DNA from: Octopus vulgaris
Taxonomy: Eukaryota
DNA: 64,000 nucleotides
Assembly (NCBI GenBank): GCA_951406725.2
Contig: OX597815.1
Coordinates: forward strand, 197,656,001-197,720,000
Reading direction: 5' to 3'
Under the pieces are notes generated by a model that was given only the letters and a program-made list of their open reading frames with translations, did no database searches and was not told the origin of the DNA. The first letter of the stretch is position 1. Each line of letters starts with the position of its first letter. Of this stretch, positions 12,395 to 25,271 are shown in pieces. Both the position numbers and the translations under genes were made by a program.

Positions 12395-14244
12395 TATATA
12401 TGTGCGCGCGTGTGTGTGTGTTTGTTTAGGTGTGTATAAATGTATGTCTACATGTGTGTATATATCCGTGTGTGTGTATCGTCGCAATGTCATTTTTAGT
12501 TTGGTCCCTGTATACGATATAGCAATACAAGGCACATTGTTGAGATAATACAAAAAAAAAAATCGAAAATTATTATATACAATACTTAATCTTTAAGGTA
12601 ATGTTGTCTAAATAAAAACAAATTAATAAATGAATTACCAAATCCAATTAAAATAGTTACAAACCATCACTGATCAATGGTAGCATCGTATTTGTGAGAG
12701 GAAATCAATTATCATTCATTTAGACGTCAAAAGTGCGTCACGTTTCATGTTGTAAACATCTTTAACATCAAACGATTTGTTCCGTTACATTCCTTTGAGT
12801 ATTACTAGGTTTGATGTTTTGGAAAATGTCATCATGTGCTTAAAAGTTGAAAGTAATTTTTTAAAGAGATCTGTTATAATTATTTAAAAGAGTGCAACAA
12901 AATATCTCTTAAATCACTGCTTGCTTTCAGGAATAAAATTAACATTATCATGTATGGTATGCTGTGTTACAAAATATCTTACAAAATTCCTCTTTTTTTT
13001 TTTTGTTTGTATTGGAAAGAAGAAACAATATCAAAGGCTGTCGAATACACAATGCATAAAATGAGATGCAACTGGAAGTTATATTTACTTAAATAGTATT
13101 CGTATGATGAATATTCGGTATGAAAAATCAAGAAATATAGGTAAAAATGTGATGCAACGACATACAAATTATGTATAGTCAACAATACATAAAAATTCTT
13201 TTGCTGGTGAAAATTATAGTTTCATTCATGAGTACTCATAAGTAACTACGAAACGCATTTATATCACGTATGTAATACAATATCGAAAGTGTATAAGTGA
13301 CTACGCTAGGCTTTCATATCATGTGTTATAACAAAATCAAAAATGCATGTGGAGTCAAACAATGCAGAGTGTGTTCAGCTCATTTTCCAGTGCCTCCTAT
13401 CCATATAATTCAACTACAAAAGGAAATGTTCGATAATTTGTTGTACCTAGATGAAATATCACGTACTCGTGAATATCGACTCTCAAATAATTGAGGAAAC
13501 TGTATGTAGACCAGCGATATGAGTGGAGCAATACTTCTTGTATATACCGGAATGAATTGCAAATGAATTCTCTACTGATACGCAAATTATAGAAATACTG
13601 TTTCAGATGAAAACCTCATCTTAAATATCATTTTTTCAAATATTCCCACGACATATAAGCAAATTACTGAATCAATACACAGAAGAACTACAAAAGTGCT
13701 AAATTATAGCAACAGTTTATTAAACCCATCACCAGTGAAATACTAGCATCAATACACCGTCTCTAATAAATGCTAGAACGTAGAAAACGTACATATAATT
13801 GAGACATTTACTTACAAAGACACCACAAAACAGATCATTTCATATAAAATAAGTAAAGAAAACACAAATTTGTTACACACACACACAGACACACACACAT
13901 ATATATATATTGTATGCGTACAGAGTTTCTTCCCTAACATCACCTTCCAGCCTGGCTCGTTCCCTGCTCCCGCCCACGCTGTTGCACTTGCCCCTACCTC
14001 TCCAACACTACCATCCTCACAGGCGCCCATCATCGCCCCTATCATATCACCGACTCCTTTACCTTCACTTCTACTAAAATGAGCACCTTCGTAAAAGCAC
14101 CTTCGTTTGGGGTCACCAATATTTTATTATTTCTCCTTCTTTCAACTCCTCCCTTCAAACCATTCTTCCCAACTAGCCGCAATACATGATCGCTAAATCC
14201 ACAAGTTTCTTTTTTGTTCTTTCTCTGGTTATTTCCTCCTATTC

Positions 14245-14280
14245 CTTTATGCTGAAGAGCGCAGGCTTGAAACGTAAAAG
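14245..14280 (+). ncRNA. Minimal hammerhead-like motif in PLE-like fragment 13920-14370
   Basis: CTGAAGA-gcgcaggctt-GAAA-cg-TA with palindromic stem III (ACGT). Stem I is weak (cttt/aaag with a bulge). Confidence 0.5.
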
Positions 14281-14424
14281 ACTGTCTCACTCTCCCGAGC
14301 ATCAAACTAATACTCCTTCTTGTTCATGCACCTGTCTTCGACTTTTGGTTTTCTGTAAGTTTCAGCTATAGATATAGGTGTGTGTGTGTGTATGTGTATA
14401 GACATATATATATATATATACAGT

Positions 14425-14743
14425 GAGGGCGCGTGGCTTAGTGGTTAGGGCATTCGGCTCATGATCGTAAGGTTGTGAGTTCGATTCCCGGCGACGCGTT
14501 GTGTCCTTGAGCAAGACACTTTATTTCACGTTGCTCCAGTCCACTCAGCTGGCAAAAATGAGTTGTACTTGTATTTCAAAGGGTCAGCCTTGTCACTCTC
14601 TGTGTCACGCTGATTATCCCCGAGAACTACGTTAAGGGTACACGTGTCTGTGGAATGCTCAGCCATTTGCACGTTAATTTCACGAGCAAGCTGTTCCGTT
14701 GATCGTATCAGCTGGGACCCTCGTCGTCGTAACCGGCGGAGTC
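14425..14743 (+). mobile_element. tRNA-derived SINE family C (CORE-like box, tail shared with family B)
   Basis: A box tggcttagtggtt, B box gagttcgattccc, gtgtccttgagcaagacactt core. The 3' ~170 bp match 50565-50745. Confidence 0.9.
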
Positions 14744-17700
14744 TTTTTATATATATATACACACCCAGACGAAATGCTGATGAAAATAAACAGTCAAAAT
14801 TTAATATTTTGAAAATCCTAAGATGAAAAAATATATGTTTTGTAAAGTAAGCAATCTATTTAATGGAAAGCGATATTTGAAAAAATTTAAAATAAAAGAT
14901 AGAATAAACAAAGGCCTATGTTATTTCCTGAAGGATATTGTGTCCAAACAGTAGACGGCTTAAGTTTATTCCCTACTTGAGCGATTCTCAGTGAGAAAAA
15001 TTGTTACCGAAATTCACACTACTGCGCAATACTATTTTTAATTTTACAAGCAGGTGTTAAAAGATTGAATTCTAAAAATGTCCGAAATTGTATGTAGGAA
15101 AGATGCTTTAGTGTATTGATGCTCAGAGAATAAAGATTTTTAACATATGGTACATGAATAGTGGAGAGTATTATCATGGCTTCTTATCTCTGGACAGTTT
15201 CCCGTTAATTGCTGTCCTGGACAAGATTCCTGCTCCAAACTGGAGACGCAGATCGTAGCTGGAAATGGATAGCTGCAATGCCGCTAGAAATATCTTACCG
15301 AAAATTCTCGACTATAATGCTTGTGTCACGTTAATTAGCAGATTTTTAGAGTTTCTTTGGAGGAATGCACAGGTGCATTCCCATCAATATGTGGTGATAC
15401 GGATGGTTTATACCGGCTTGAATTATCTTTCAGCAATCCATTTCTGCATTGTATTCGAGTTAAATAACAAAAAAGATGTATAGGGTATTAGATCACCTTT
15501 TTTTTATTTTAGAAGGAGAGCTTACTGTCCTCTGAATACATTGACGATTATGCATAACGTTAGCATCCGTTTCGCATATATATGTGCAGGAAGCCATAAA
15601 GTACAGAATTCTGCATGTCCCAAGGTGTCATTGCATAGGGGGCAAAATGAGATATTTATATTGGTCTTTCCACCGAGAATTTAAACCTTCAATTATTTAT
15701 AACGATTACCCTTCACACCCATTGTACAATGCTTCACTGGAAGTTGAACCTGTGGGATAGAATTTACAGATTGTATTAGGAAACAATAATAACATTATAC
15801 ATGCTAATAACTTTATACATGCCATTTATCATTTTGTTTGAGATTCAGCACTCGCATACTCATCAAATACAAATGGGTCCTATATTTTATCTCTAACCGT
15901 AAAATCATTGAATATCACACTCATTCACACACACACGCACATTCGCGTACACCCTGTGCACACGCACAAATACACACACGCGCAAACGCAACCTATTGTC
16001 TAAAAACAGGAAAAGCATTCGCTTGCACACTCACACATGGCCACTTTATTGTAAAAAGCGCATGCGAAATATCAATAATCCATTGTCACTAACGTCACTT
16101 TTTTCAGAGTCAGTTTTTTTTTTTCTTTTTCCACAATATTCTCATCATGGTTCTGGCTTTGAGCTACGGAGTTTAATTTCATTTATTTGTTTTTACTCCT
16201 TCATTTTTTGTAGCTGTTTGTTTCCGAAGACGAAATTAAGCTTCAAATATTTTTGTAATTTTTGCCTTATACTAATCTATTCAGATATTAAACTAATAAC
16301 GTTTTTGTTCCATTGTGTCTTTGTTTTTATTGTCTAATTACTATATTCTATATATTTACTCACTTATTCATATTTGGCAATTCTATCTCATCTTGCGTTT
16401 CTACTTTGTTTACACTCACTATGGTTTTTGTATTTTCCCTGTGGCAATATCAAGCGCATCGCTTCTTATCATTACGGTTGCGATGGAAAGTACCCTACAG
16501 TCATTTTTCACCATCTTATAATACTTCCGCGTTCATTATTTCCTCAAGCCAAGCCCGAGACATTCTCGAAGGTCTGCACCTTGTCTCTCCTAATTACACT
16601 ACTCACAGCACACATTCCTATGTACCGTTTATTCACGACCTCAAATTTTATGTGTCTGCATCCATTTCCCATAATAAGATTAAAATATTGGCACACCCAC
16701 TTCTCAGCCATGCACAACCTCATCATGTTTCAACGGAGCCACTTTCCGTGTTTATTATTTTGTTTTCTCTTTCATTCGGAAATCTGAAGCTCAGCCGGAA
16801 ATGTTCGAGCGATGAAGTATTAATTCTTTCATCTTTAAAAATTGTTGAGATTTACTGGAATTCTCTATGCCTACGTAAACATAGACTTCGCTTTATGCAA
16901 TATAATTTAAGCTCATAATAAACCGGGTACACACATATGTAGATATAGAAATATATACATATGAAAACACATACATCCACTTATGTACAAGCATACTTGT
17001 ATACCATCTTGCCTACATCGTTACAGCTGATATAAATATCTGATTTCTCAATATTTTAGCTGTATTTATCAGTTTCCTTAACGACATAATGATGCCAGTC
17101 GGAAACAACATATCACGTTTTAAATCATTGAATAAATGTAATTTGTAAAATTTATATAAAATATAGCATCATTCTCTCTGTTTACAATCTAATTATGGGG
17201 ATGTGTTTCAGCAAATATTCTCTAAAAATATATTATTCCATGTAAATTTTCTGCAATTTTTATTATGTTTCTTAAAATGTCCACTTATATTTTTGATCCT
17301 AACTCTACAAGAACTCTCTGCATGAAATAGGCGATCCTAAATCCTCACTAGGAAATTTTGTTTGAAAGCAATAAATTTGAATTATTACTGCAAACGTATT
17401 AGAGTATTATCGAGAATGATATTATACTTAAGAACTTTCATTGGCGAATGCAATATAGCTTATTAAATTGGCTATGGATACTAGAAAAAAAACTTTCTGA
17501 TGCAAAAATACGATAAAAGAAAGAACGAAAATGATTCTCTGAAATCGGGGAGATGAGCTTTGCATTTTGTTGCTGTCCCATTCGAATAAAATTAGGTGCA
17601 TTAATTTTATTTTAATTACCTGACATAAGTTATATTAGTTATATGAACAACAAAATCATTCCACCCACACATACTCAGTGTGACACGCATATATTACATT

Positions 17701-17802
17701 ATATTATATATATGTGTGTGTGTATGCGTGTGCTGTTTTTAAATAAATTTACATCAGAAACCCCAAAAAGAGTTAAATATAAAACCACGTACATATGTGA
17801 TG

Positions 17803-17851
<49 letters not shown>

Positions 17852-17942
17852 AGAGAGAGAGAAAGAGGTAGACAGATAGATAGAAAGAAAGATATATACA
17901 TAGATAGATACATGCATACATATACATACACGCACACTTATA

Positions 17943-18175
17943 TTACTCTTTTATTCTTATATTTGTTTAAGTCATTTGACTGCGGCCATGCTGGAACACC
18001 GCCTTTAGTCGAACAAATCGACCCCAGACTTATTCTTTGTAAGCCTAGCATTTATTCTATCGGACTCTTTTGCAGAACCGCTAAGTTACGGGGACATAAA
18101 CACACCAGCATCGTTTGTCAAGTGATGGTGGTGGGACAAACACAGACATACACCAATGCACACACTCACACACAA

Positions 18176-18180
<5 letters not shown>
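17943..18180 (-). mobile_element. SINE family A, 3' half
   Basis: Reverse complement of the tail half of 43453-43876. Confidence 0.85.
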
Positions 18181-18216
<36 letters not shown>

Positions 18217-18218
<2 letters not shown>

Positions 18219-18405
18219 CGCAGGAGTGATTGTGTGGTAAGTAGCTTGCTTACCAACCACATGGTTCCGGTTTCAGTCCTACTGCGTAGTACCTTGGACA
18301 AGTGTCTTCTACTATAGTCTCGGGCCGACCAAAGCCTTATGAGTGGATTTAGTAGGCGGAAACCGAAAGAAGCTCGTCCTCTATATGTGTGCGTGTTTGT
18401 CTGTG
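18217..18405 (+). mobile_element. SINE family A, 5' half
   Basis: ggcgcaggagtgattgtgtggtaagtagcttg head. Confidence 0.85.
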
Positions 18406-18529
18406 CATGTATGTAATTGTTTCTACATGAGATGTTTGCGTCAGTGAATATAAGTCTCAAATCCACAGTACCGAAAAACAGTTAAAGTGCAATACAGAAC
18501 TTACAATTTAAAATATAGTGCCGTTAAAT

Positions 18530-18665
18530 TATTTTCTACTCTAGGCATACGGCCCGAATATTTGGGGTAGGGGTCCAGTCAATTAGATCGACCCATTTAT
18601 GCAACTGGTACTCAATTTATTGAACCTGAAAGGATGAAAGGCAAAGTCGACCTCGGTGGAATTAG
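18530..18665 (-). mobile_element. SINE family D, 5'-truncated
   Basis: Contains gaaaggatgaaaggcaaagtcgacctcgg and the tail-2 sequence. Confidence 0.75.
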
Positions 18666-19004
18666 ATATAGTGCCATTAAATTTTCTTCAAGAGTACTTT
18701 CGTTTCACAGAAAACAGAATAAATAAAATAGGAAATTTTAAGAGAATAAAAGCAAAGAAAACCTTAGAAAGATTGCATTTGCTGAGATAAATTCCGCCAT
18801 CGTTGTCTACATTGTCTCTTCCTTTGCTTCAAATGATAACTATTTCAGCGTTACGTCGTTATGAGTCATCTTTACGTAAGGTTTCGCTAAAGTAGATCGC
18901 ATTTAGATATCATAGGAGAGATTAAGCATTAAAAAGCGTATTGAAGTTGTTGGTATTTCAACCTAGAGAGTAAACTCCTTCATTCAAACGTTTTGTAGTA
19001 TATA

Positions 19005-19234
19005 TATTTCTTTACTACCCACAAGGGGCTAAACACAGAGGGGACAAACAAGGACAGACAAACGGATTAAGTCGATTATATCGACCCCAGTGCGTTATTG
19101 GTACTTAATTTATCGACCCCAAAAGGGTGAAAGGCAAAGTCGACCTCGGCGGAATTTGAACTCAGAACGTAACGGCAGACGAAATACCGCTAAGCATTTC
19201 GCCCGGCGTGCTAACGTTTCTGCCAGCTCGCCTA
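19005..19234 (-). mobile_element. SINE family D monomer with 12 bp TSD
   Basis: ttgtagtatata at 18993-19004 and 19235-19246. B-box-like gagttcaaattcc. Confidence 0.9.
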
Positions 19235-19427
19235 TTGTAGTATATAATTTACTGAATACTAAGTTTTATTCCATATCTGTTACCATACAACAATACGCGT
19301 TCTAAGATCCCTAATGAAATCGCTCACACTAAGATACTCTGTACTCTACTTCATACTCATACATTTCTATCAAAAATTAATTGAAGTAATCTTGATAATG
19401 TGTAAAACCTAAGGCTTGCCTGGAGCC

Positions 19428-19954
19428 ACTCTTTTACTCGTTTCAGTCAATTGACTGCGACCATGCTGGAGCACTGACTTTAGTCGAGCAAATCGACCGC
19501 AGGACTTATTCCTTATAAGCCTATTACTTATTCTATCGGTCTCTTTTGCAGAACCGCTAAGTTACGGTAACGTAAACACACCAGCATCGGTTGTCAAGCG
19601 ATATTGGGGCGGACAAACACAGATACACAAACAAATACACACATACATACATACATACATACATACATATTATTTTTTTTTTTTTTTGTACTTGTTTCAG
19701 TCATTTGACTGCGGCCATGCTGGAGCACCGCCTTTTAGAGTGGTGAAAGAGTACAGCAGGGATCACCACCATCCCCCGCCGGAGCCTCGTGGAGCTTTTA
19801 GGTGTTTTCGCTCAATAAACACACACAACGCCCGGTCTTGGAATCGAAACCGCGATCCTCCGACCGCAAGTCCGCTGCCCTAACCACTGGGCCATTGCGC
19901 CTCTATATATATACATATATATATATACATATATATATATACATATACATATAC

Positions 19955-20042
<88 letters not shown>

Positions 20043-20205
20043 GACGGGCTTCTTTTCAGTTTACGCCGACGAAATCCACTCACAATGCTTTTGTCGGCCT
20101 GAGGCTAAAGTAGAGGACACTTGCCCAAAGTGCCACGCAGTGAGACTGAACCCGGAACCAAATGGTTGGTAAGCAAGCTACTTACCACACAGTCACTCTT
20201 ACGCC
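19428..20205 (-). mobile_element. SINE family A split by a nested chimeric SINE
   Basis: Tail half 19428-19670 and head half 20041-20205. Confidence 0.85.
19689..19901 (-). mobile_element. Chimeric SINE: family B head plus family A tail
   Basis: 19740-19901 matches the head of 50364-50752. 19689-19737 matches the family A 3' end. Confidence 0.8.
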
Positions 20206-20496
20206 TATGAGCCACTCCTCCGCTGGCTACTTTAAACCAATATGTTATTGAATTACCAACTAAATCGAATTCTCGACATTTTATAAAAATTAGTATCGAG
20301 GTATGCATACACAGTATTTACTTTAAAAGGCTAGCGTTAAGTTTTTAAATGATAAACCATATTTGTTATGGTTATTCACAGTTAAAATCATTTCTAGAAG
20401 TTTGCGAAGTCATTCTAAAGATTTGACAGTAGCAAAATGTATGAATCTCAGCTTCATAAGTATCACTTTAATTATCTCTCGCATCTTTAGAGAGAG

Positions 20497-20567
<71 letters not shown>

Positions 20568-20756
20568 CAAGTGGTGTAATAAATAAATCAGAGAAAAGTA
20601 TATATACTTTCCTCTGATTTATTTATTGCACCACTTGCTTCCTATTCTGCTAGTATGTCTTACGCAGTGTCAAAAGAATTATTCCATCTGTTTGTAAAAA
20701 TAACACTTATCCTTCTATTTACACACACACACACACACACACACAGAGGCACGTAC

Positions 20757-20830
<74 letters not shown>

Positions 20831-20865
20831 TTGTGTGTGTGTGTGTGTGTGTTTCTACATAGAAA

Positions 20866-21835
20866 TACAGGGTGTATGACCAAAACTTGAGGATTGTAAG
20901 ACATCGCTTGTGACGAACAATTTCATGAACAATCAAAGTTTTGAAGATGTTAAAGATTAATGCAACTGAAAGAAAGTTAGGTGATATGGATGACTGGAAA
21001 CCACCTGAATACTGGAAAAAAGATACCGGTATCATGATAATTCGTGGCGGTCGTTAAAAAGCCGACGTCATGACTAATGGACAATGAAAAGGCTGTAAGA
21101 CTTGACAGAGACATCATGAAAACCAAGTTCTCTCGAACTGTCATGTTATTCGGGTGTGTCTCCAGGAAGAGTCACGTCATACTCCTTCACGTCTTTGAAC
21201 AGTGCTTTAGGTTCAATTCAGATGGCTGTGTGTAGCTGCTGGAAACTGCCGTCAAACCCGAGCGGTAGAGGTTACTGAATGACAGCAGGATTTGGCTCCT
21301 TGTCATAACTGTAGAAATACTCAGATATAACTGTCAGGGAATTTTTACGATTTCAATAATCTCAGTATCTGGCATCCTTATTCGCGCGATTGTAATCCCA
21401 TGGATTTCTGTGTTGTTGTTGTTGTTGTTGTGGTTGTTGTAAAGCAACAAGACGGATAAGGGTGGTTAGGTGATGGTCTAGGGCTTAGGAGCGGGAGACC
21501 CCAGACCTTGGGAAAAAAAACTTTGGTCATCTTGTTGTAGTCGAGGTCTCTTCGTTGGCGCCCGACACCACTGGGAGGTTGCCCTCGAAGTCGTTGGAAA
21601 TGGAGATCTCCAGGTACAAATTCTTGAACGGCTGGATTTCTGTGTTGGGGACGCGGTTGAGAAATATACCAACCGCTCTGACTGAAAAACAAAGGTGGAC
21701 GTGGTGGCGAAGATCAGGAAGGTGCTCGACAATATTCCAGGGACATATTGTGAAACACACGGACCAGGTTCCATAGCTGTTTTGTGACCGTAGTGGAAGC
21801 TGTGGGCGGTTACATTAGTAAACTGTTACCTCCCA
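20866..21835 (+). mobile_element. Decayed maT/DD37D (Tc1/mariner) transposon
   Basis: TACAGGGTG start. Broken frames TKF..VMLFGCVS, QQDLAPCH, WHPYSRDCNPMDFCV | AVEKYTNR..VVEAVGGYI. Confidence 0.8.
21416..21632 (-). mobile_element. 5'-truncated retroposon with (CAA)n tail and 15 bp TSD
   Basis: tggatttctgtgttg at 21401-21415 and 21633-21647. Interrupts the maT DFCV motif. Confidence 0.8.
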
Positions 21836-22046
21836 GCAACAATATGTGCTTATATGTCTGTGTGTGCATGTATACATTTATAAGTATATACATACACACA
21901 GAAATCCACACATTTACATGTACATACTCTCTTATATATGTATAACTATATGTTTACTCACACACACACAAACACACACTTACACACATATATTTATATA
22001 CAGGAATGAACATATGTATATTTATATAAGACACTTCTAGAAATGT

Positions 22047-22348
22047 AAAGTATAATAGTCATCTCAATATGGCTAACCACAAAGGGTGGGTGTTACTGTA
22101 GCGTTTAGCCCCAGGAGATCATCGTCTCCAGCTGGCTTTAGGCACACTATATGTGCCCTTATGGTAATTGCAAAGGGAGGCCATCCCTTTCTCGTAAGCC
22201 TAAGTGATACGTTCGGAGCGCAGTTTCGAGGTTGTTGCTTCTTGTCAGGGGCGGTAATCACCCTTTGTGGTTAGCCATATTGAGATGGCTATCATACTTT
22301 ACATTGTCGAGCGGTTACTGTTTACATCTCGTTTAGAGATTTAATAAT
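22047..22348. mobile_element. ~300 bp element with 47 bp inverted repeats, asymmetric tail and 14 bp TSD
   Basis: TSD acttctagaaatgt at 22033-22046 and 22349-22362. Inverted repeats 22042-22088 and 22259-22305 (2 mismatches). Confidence 0.8.
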
Positions 22349-23340
22349 ACTTCTAGAAATGTTTGTTTGAAATTAAATTATAGAACTGGAATTCTCACTG
22401 AAATAATGCAAAGACTAAAAATTAAGTATTTGTCGCTAAAAACAAAATGGAAAGAATATAGTCGTTGAGAGAGAAAACCTTTGTGTCTACTGGCCGAAGG
22501 AATGCAATATATTATTGTATGATTACAATGAAGTGCTTACGATCAAAGAACTCATATCGGATGTAAACATGCAATAAGTAAACCTGAAAGAAATAAGAAG
22601 TAATTAATTAAATGAAAAAAGGAGAAAATTGCCGAAGATAATACAGAAATGCACATCATTCGAAGACACTTGATAATGAAGCAAGGAAAGATAGGTGTGA
22701 AAGATGACACTTTGTTTTTGCATTTAATTTGAGACACAAATGAATAAGGATTGTTATGTTTGTATTTCTAGTTATAGTATCTTCGCCTGTAGGAGTAATG
22801 ATTACAAGGATATTCGTTAATAATACAAGTATAAACAGTTTAAACGTTAAGAACAGCGATATAATAAGTCAGATTTGAGAGAGAAACAGAAGTTATTCTT
22901 ACATTGCTATTGCTACAAGATTAGGACCAATATTAAGCATGGACAAACAGTAATTTTGGTTTGGGTTTTAGTCCATAGAAGTGATAAATCACATCGAAGA
23001 TGAAACGTATTCTATCTATGACGTTCTCAACTGTTCTTGTCTGTACATGTGCAATGGATTGTGATTGGATGAATAATTCTTTTTTTTTTTTCTGTATGGT
23101 GTTATTAACAAGTTATTTACAAATTTTTGCAGACTATGTGGTGCAAATTTCATAATCTTAATGTTTTACTAAGTCATTACCTGCATTCAGTATATTCAAT
23201 TTTCTACAAAATTTGCCTGCAAGAAAACCAGCGTTTAAAATGTATTAAAACAGGTAATCTGCAAAATCCGAAAATGTGGCGCTAAATTGACCTTGCAGAC
23301 AGTATGAGAAAGACATTTAGTGGCATCATGAATGCTGAAG

Positions 23341-23459
<119 letters not shown>

Positions 23460-25022
23460 CATTCTGAAATAATTATAATTACATCTTAAGGGATGAAAAT
23501 TTTGCATCTGCAAACACTAGAATTATTGAAAAATTAATGTTTTCCTAAGACATAATTAAGGAATATCACAGACAATGCGTTATATTGAAAAATATTTTGA
23601 AACAATCATATTGATAAAGATTGCATTAATCCAAATGCTATATACCACCTACATTACGCGTAATACATTTTTCTTAGAAATACGTTAAGAATAATGAATA
23701 TGAACTAGAAAATAATTTGAAAACCCTTTGTAAGAAAGGAATACGGCTTCACTGAAAGGAATTAGTGGAGGAACTGTGGACTTCCCTGTAGTAGATGACA
23801 TGTGAGGATTCGGCAATTTGTTGCTGAACAACAGACACGAATGTTTTGGTTATAATTAGGAAATATTTGAGACGTGCACTAGTGACTCCCTCCCTCCATC
23901 AAATCGACATTAACTATAAAGGTTTCAGCGTGCCACGTGGCATTTGCTCAAGATGTGAGAGTAATGTGAAACGAGGTCTTTTGTTCAAGAGCTAAACACA
24001 TCGCCCGATCCGGGAGCTGAAACTGCGATCTAGAAATCGTGAGAACAAGATCAGCTACTAAGCCAAACACCCAAATTAGAAAACGACTGTGTAACGGTTT
24101 TTTAAAGGATTTAATACCAATAAAAGTTATCATAAGTAACACTAGAAAAGGATTGTATAACAATCGTGTAATAATTATTCATTCTGTTCATAATATTGTA
24201 AAATGCAATAAGAGAATGTAGAGTTTAAAATGCGTAGTATTACATGTTATGCAACTGGTACTGACCAGCACCGTTAAATAGCAAAAATTGGTAAAATATT
24301 AACCATATGAAACGGGGGATATTTCCTAAATTATTCTTTTCAATAAAGTAATCCGATGACTATGATCCACTGAGGTTTGATCCCTAACAATATACTGATA
24401 TCAACTCCAATAAATATCTCTATAGGCTATTCACGTAATCTATACATCAGACCGAAGGTATAGAATTCTATAACAACTTCGGTGAGAGCGGTAGCTTTTA
24501 GCCAACCAAATGACAATCATTTTTGCTATCTTTTCCTCCTATAGTCGTTAAGAATTATTCAATTACTGTATTGTTTTCTATCATTGCTTAATATTTTAAA
24601 GAATGATATTTATTTCTTTAGAAATATTATTATCTATACCTCAAAGACTCTATTTCAATGAGTCAGAATACTGAAAAACACAAAACAAATATTATATAAA
24701 TATTTTTCTCGATATTGAATACAAAAGAAAATTCAGTAAATAAAACAGTAATAAAAATGAACAAAAGGTTTCGAAATACAAATATGTATGCGTACATACA
24801 TAAAAGCATACAGACATAAGTGCACATACGCATTCCTGCAGATGTAAATTCATAAATACACACACCCACACATACACATATATATATATATATAAGTCTA
24901 TTCCCATTGTGTACAGCAAGATCTTGAGTGATTACTCGCATGTTTATTGTCAAACGTTCTTGGCGTGTTCACAGACAAAATGTGCTGGATGTTGGAGTGA
25001 ATGTCGTAGGAGAACATCTTAA

Positions 25023-25271
25023 CCCATCTACGACGACAGTGTGTTACAGATCCTGCTGTACACGCTACAAATAACTATTTTTTCTTGCTTGGCCCATATA
25101 AGCATTTGTCTGCAAGCGATTTTTTCACAGAAAGTAGAAACAAGCCTGCGGTTTCCTCTAGGTGTGGAGTGGCTGCTGCTTGTGGCTGACGTGACACAAG
25201 TCGGAACACCGGTGGCCGACAGTACTACACTAATGAGGCGAGTGTACTGAAAACTCTGTCGTCGTAAAGGG
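25023..25271. mobile_element. piggyBac-like MITE
   Basis: TTAA-CCC left end. Imperfect ~25 bp TIRs cccatctacgacgacag / ctgtcgtcgtaaaggg. The right TTAA is degenerate (TAGA). Confidence 0.6.

Noticed and set aside
15080-15480. Possible PLE RT thumb/linker relic on the minus strand (SYP, VPYV)
   Set aside because: Motifs too short and frames broken.
16313-16918. 201 aa ORF
   Set aside because: No recognisable domain and T-rich composition; at most a very old mariner trace.
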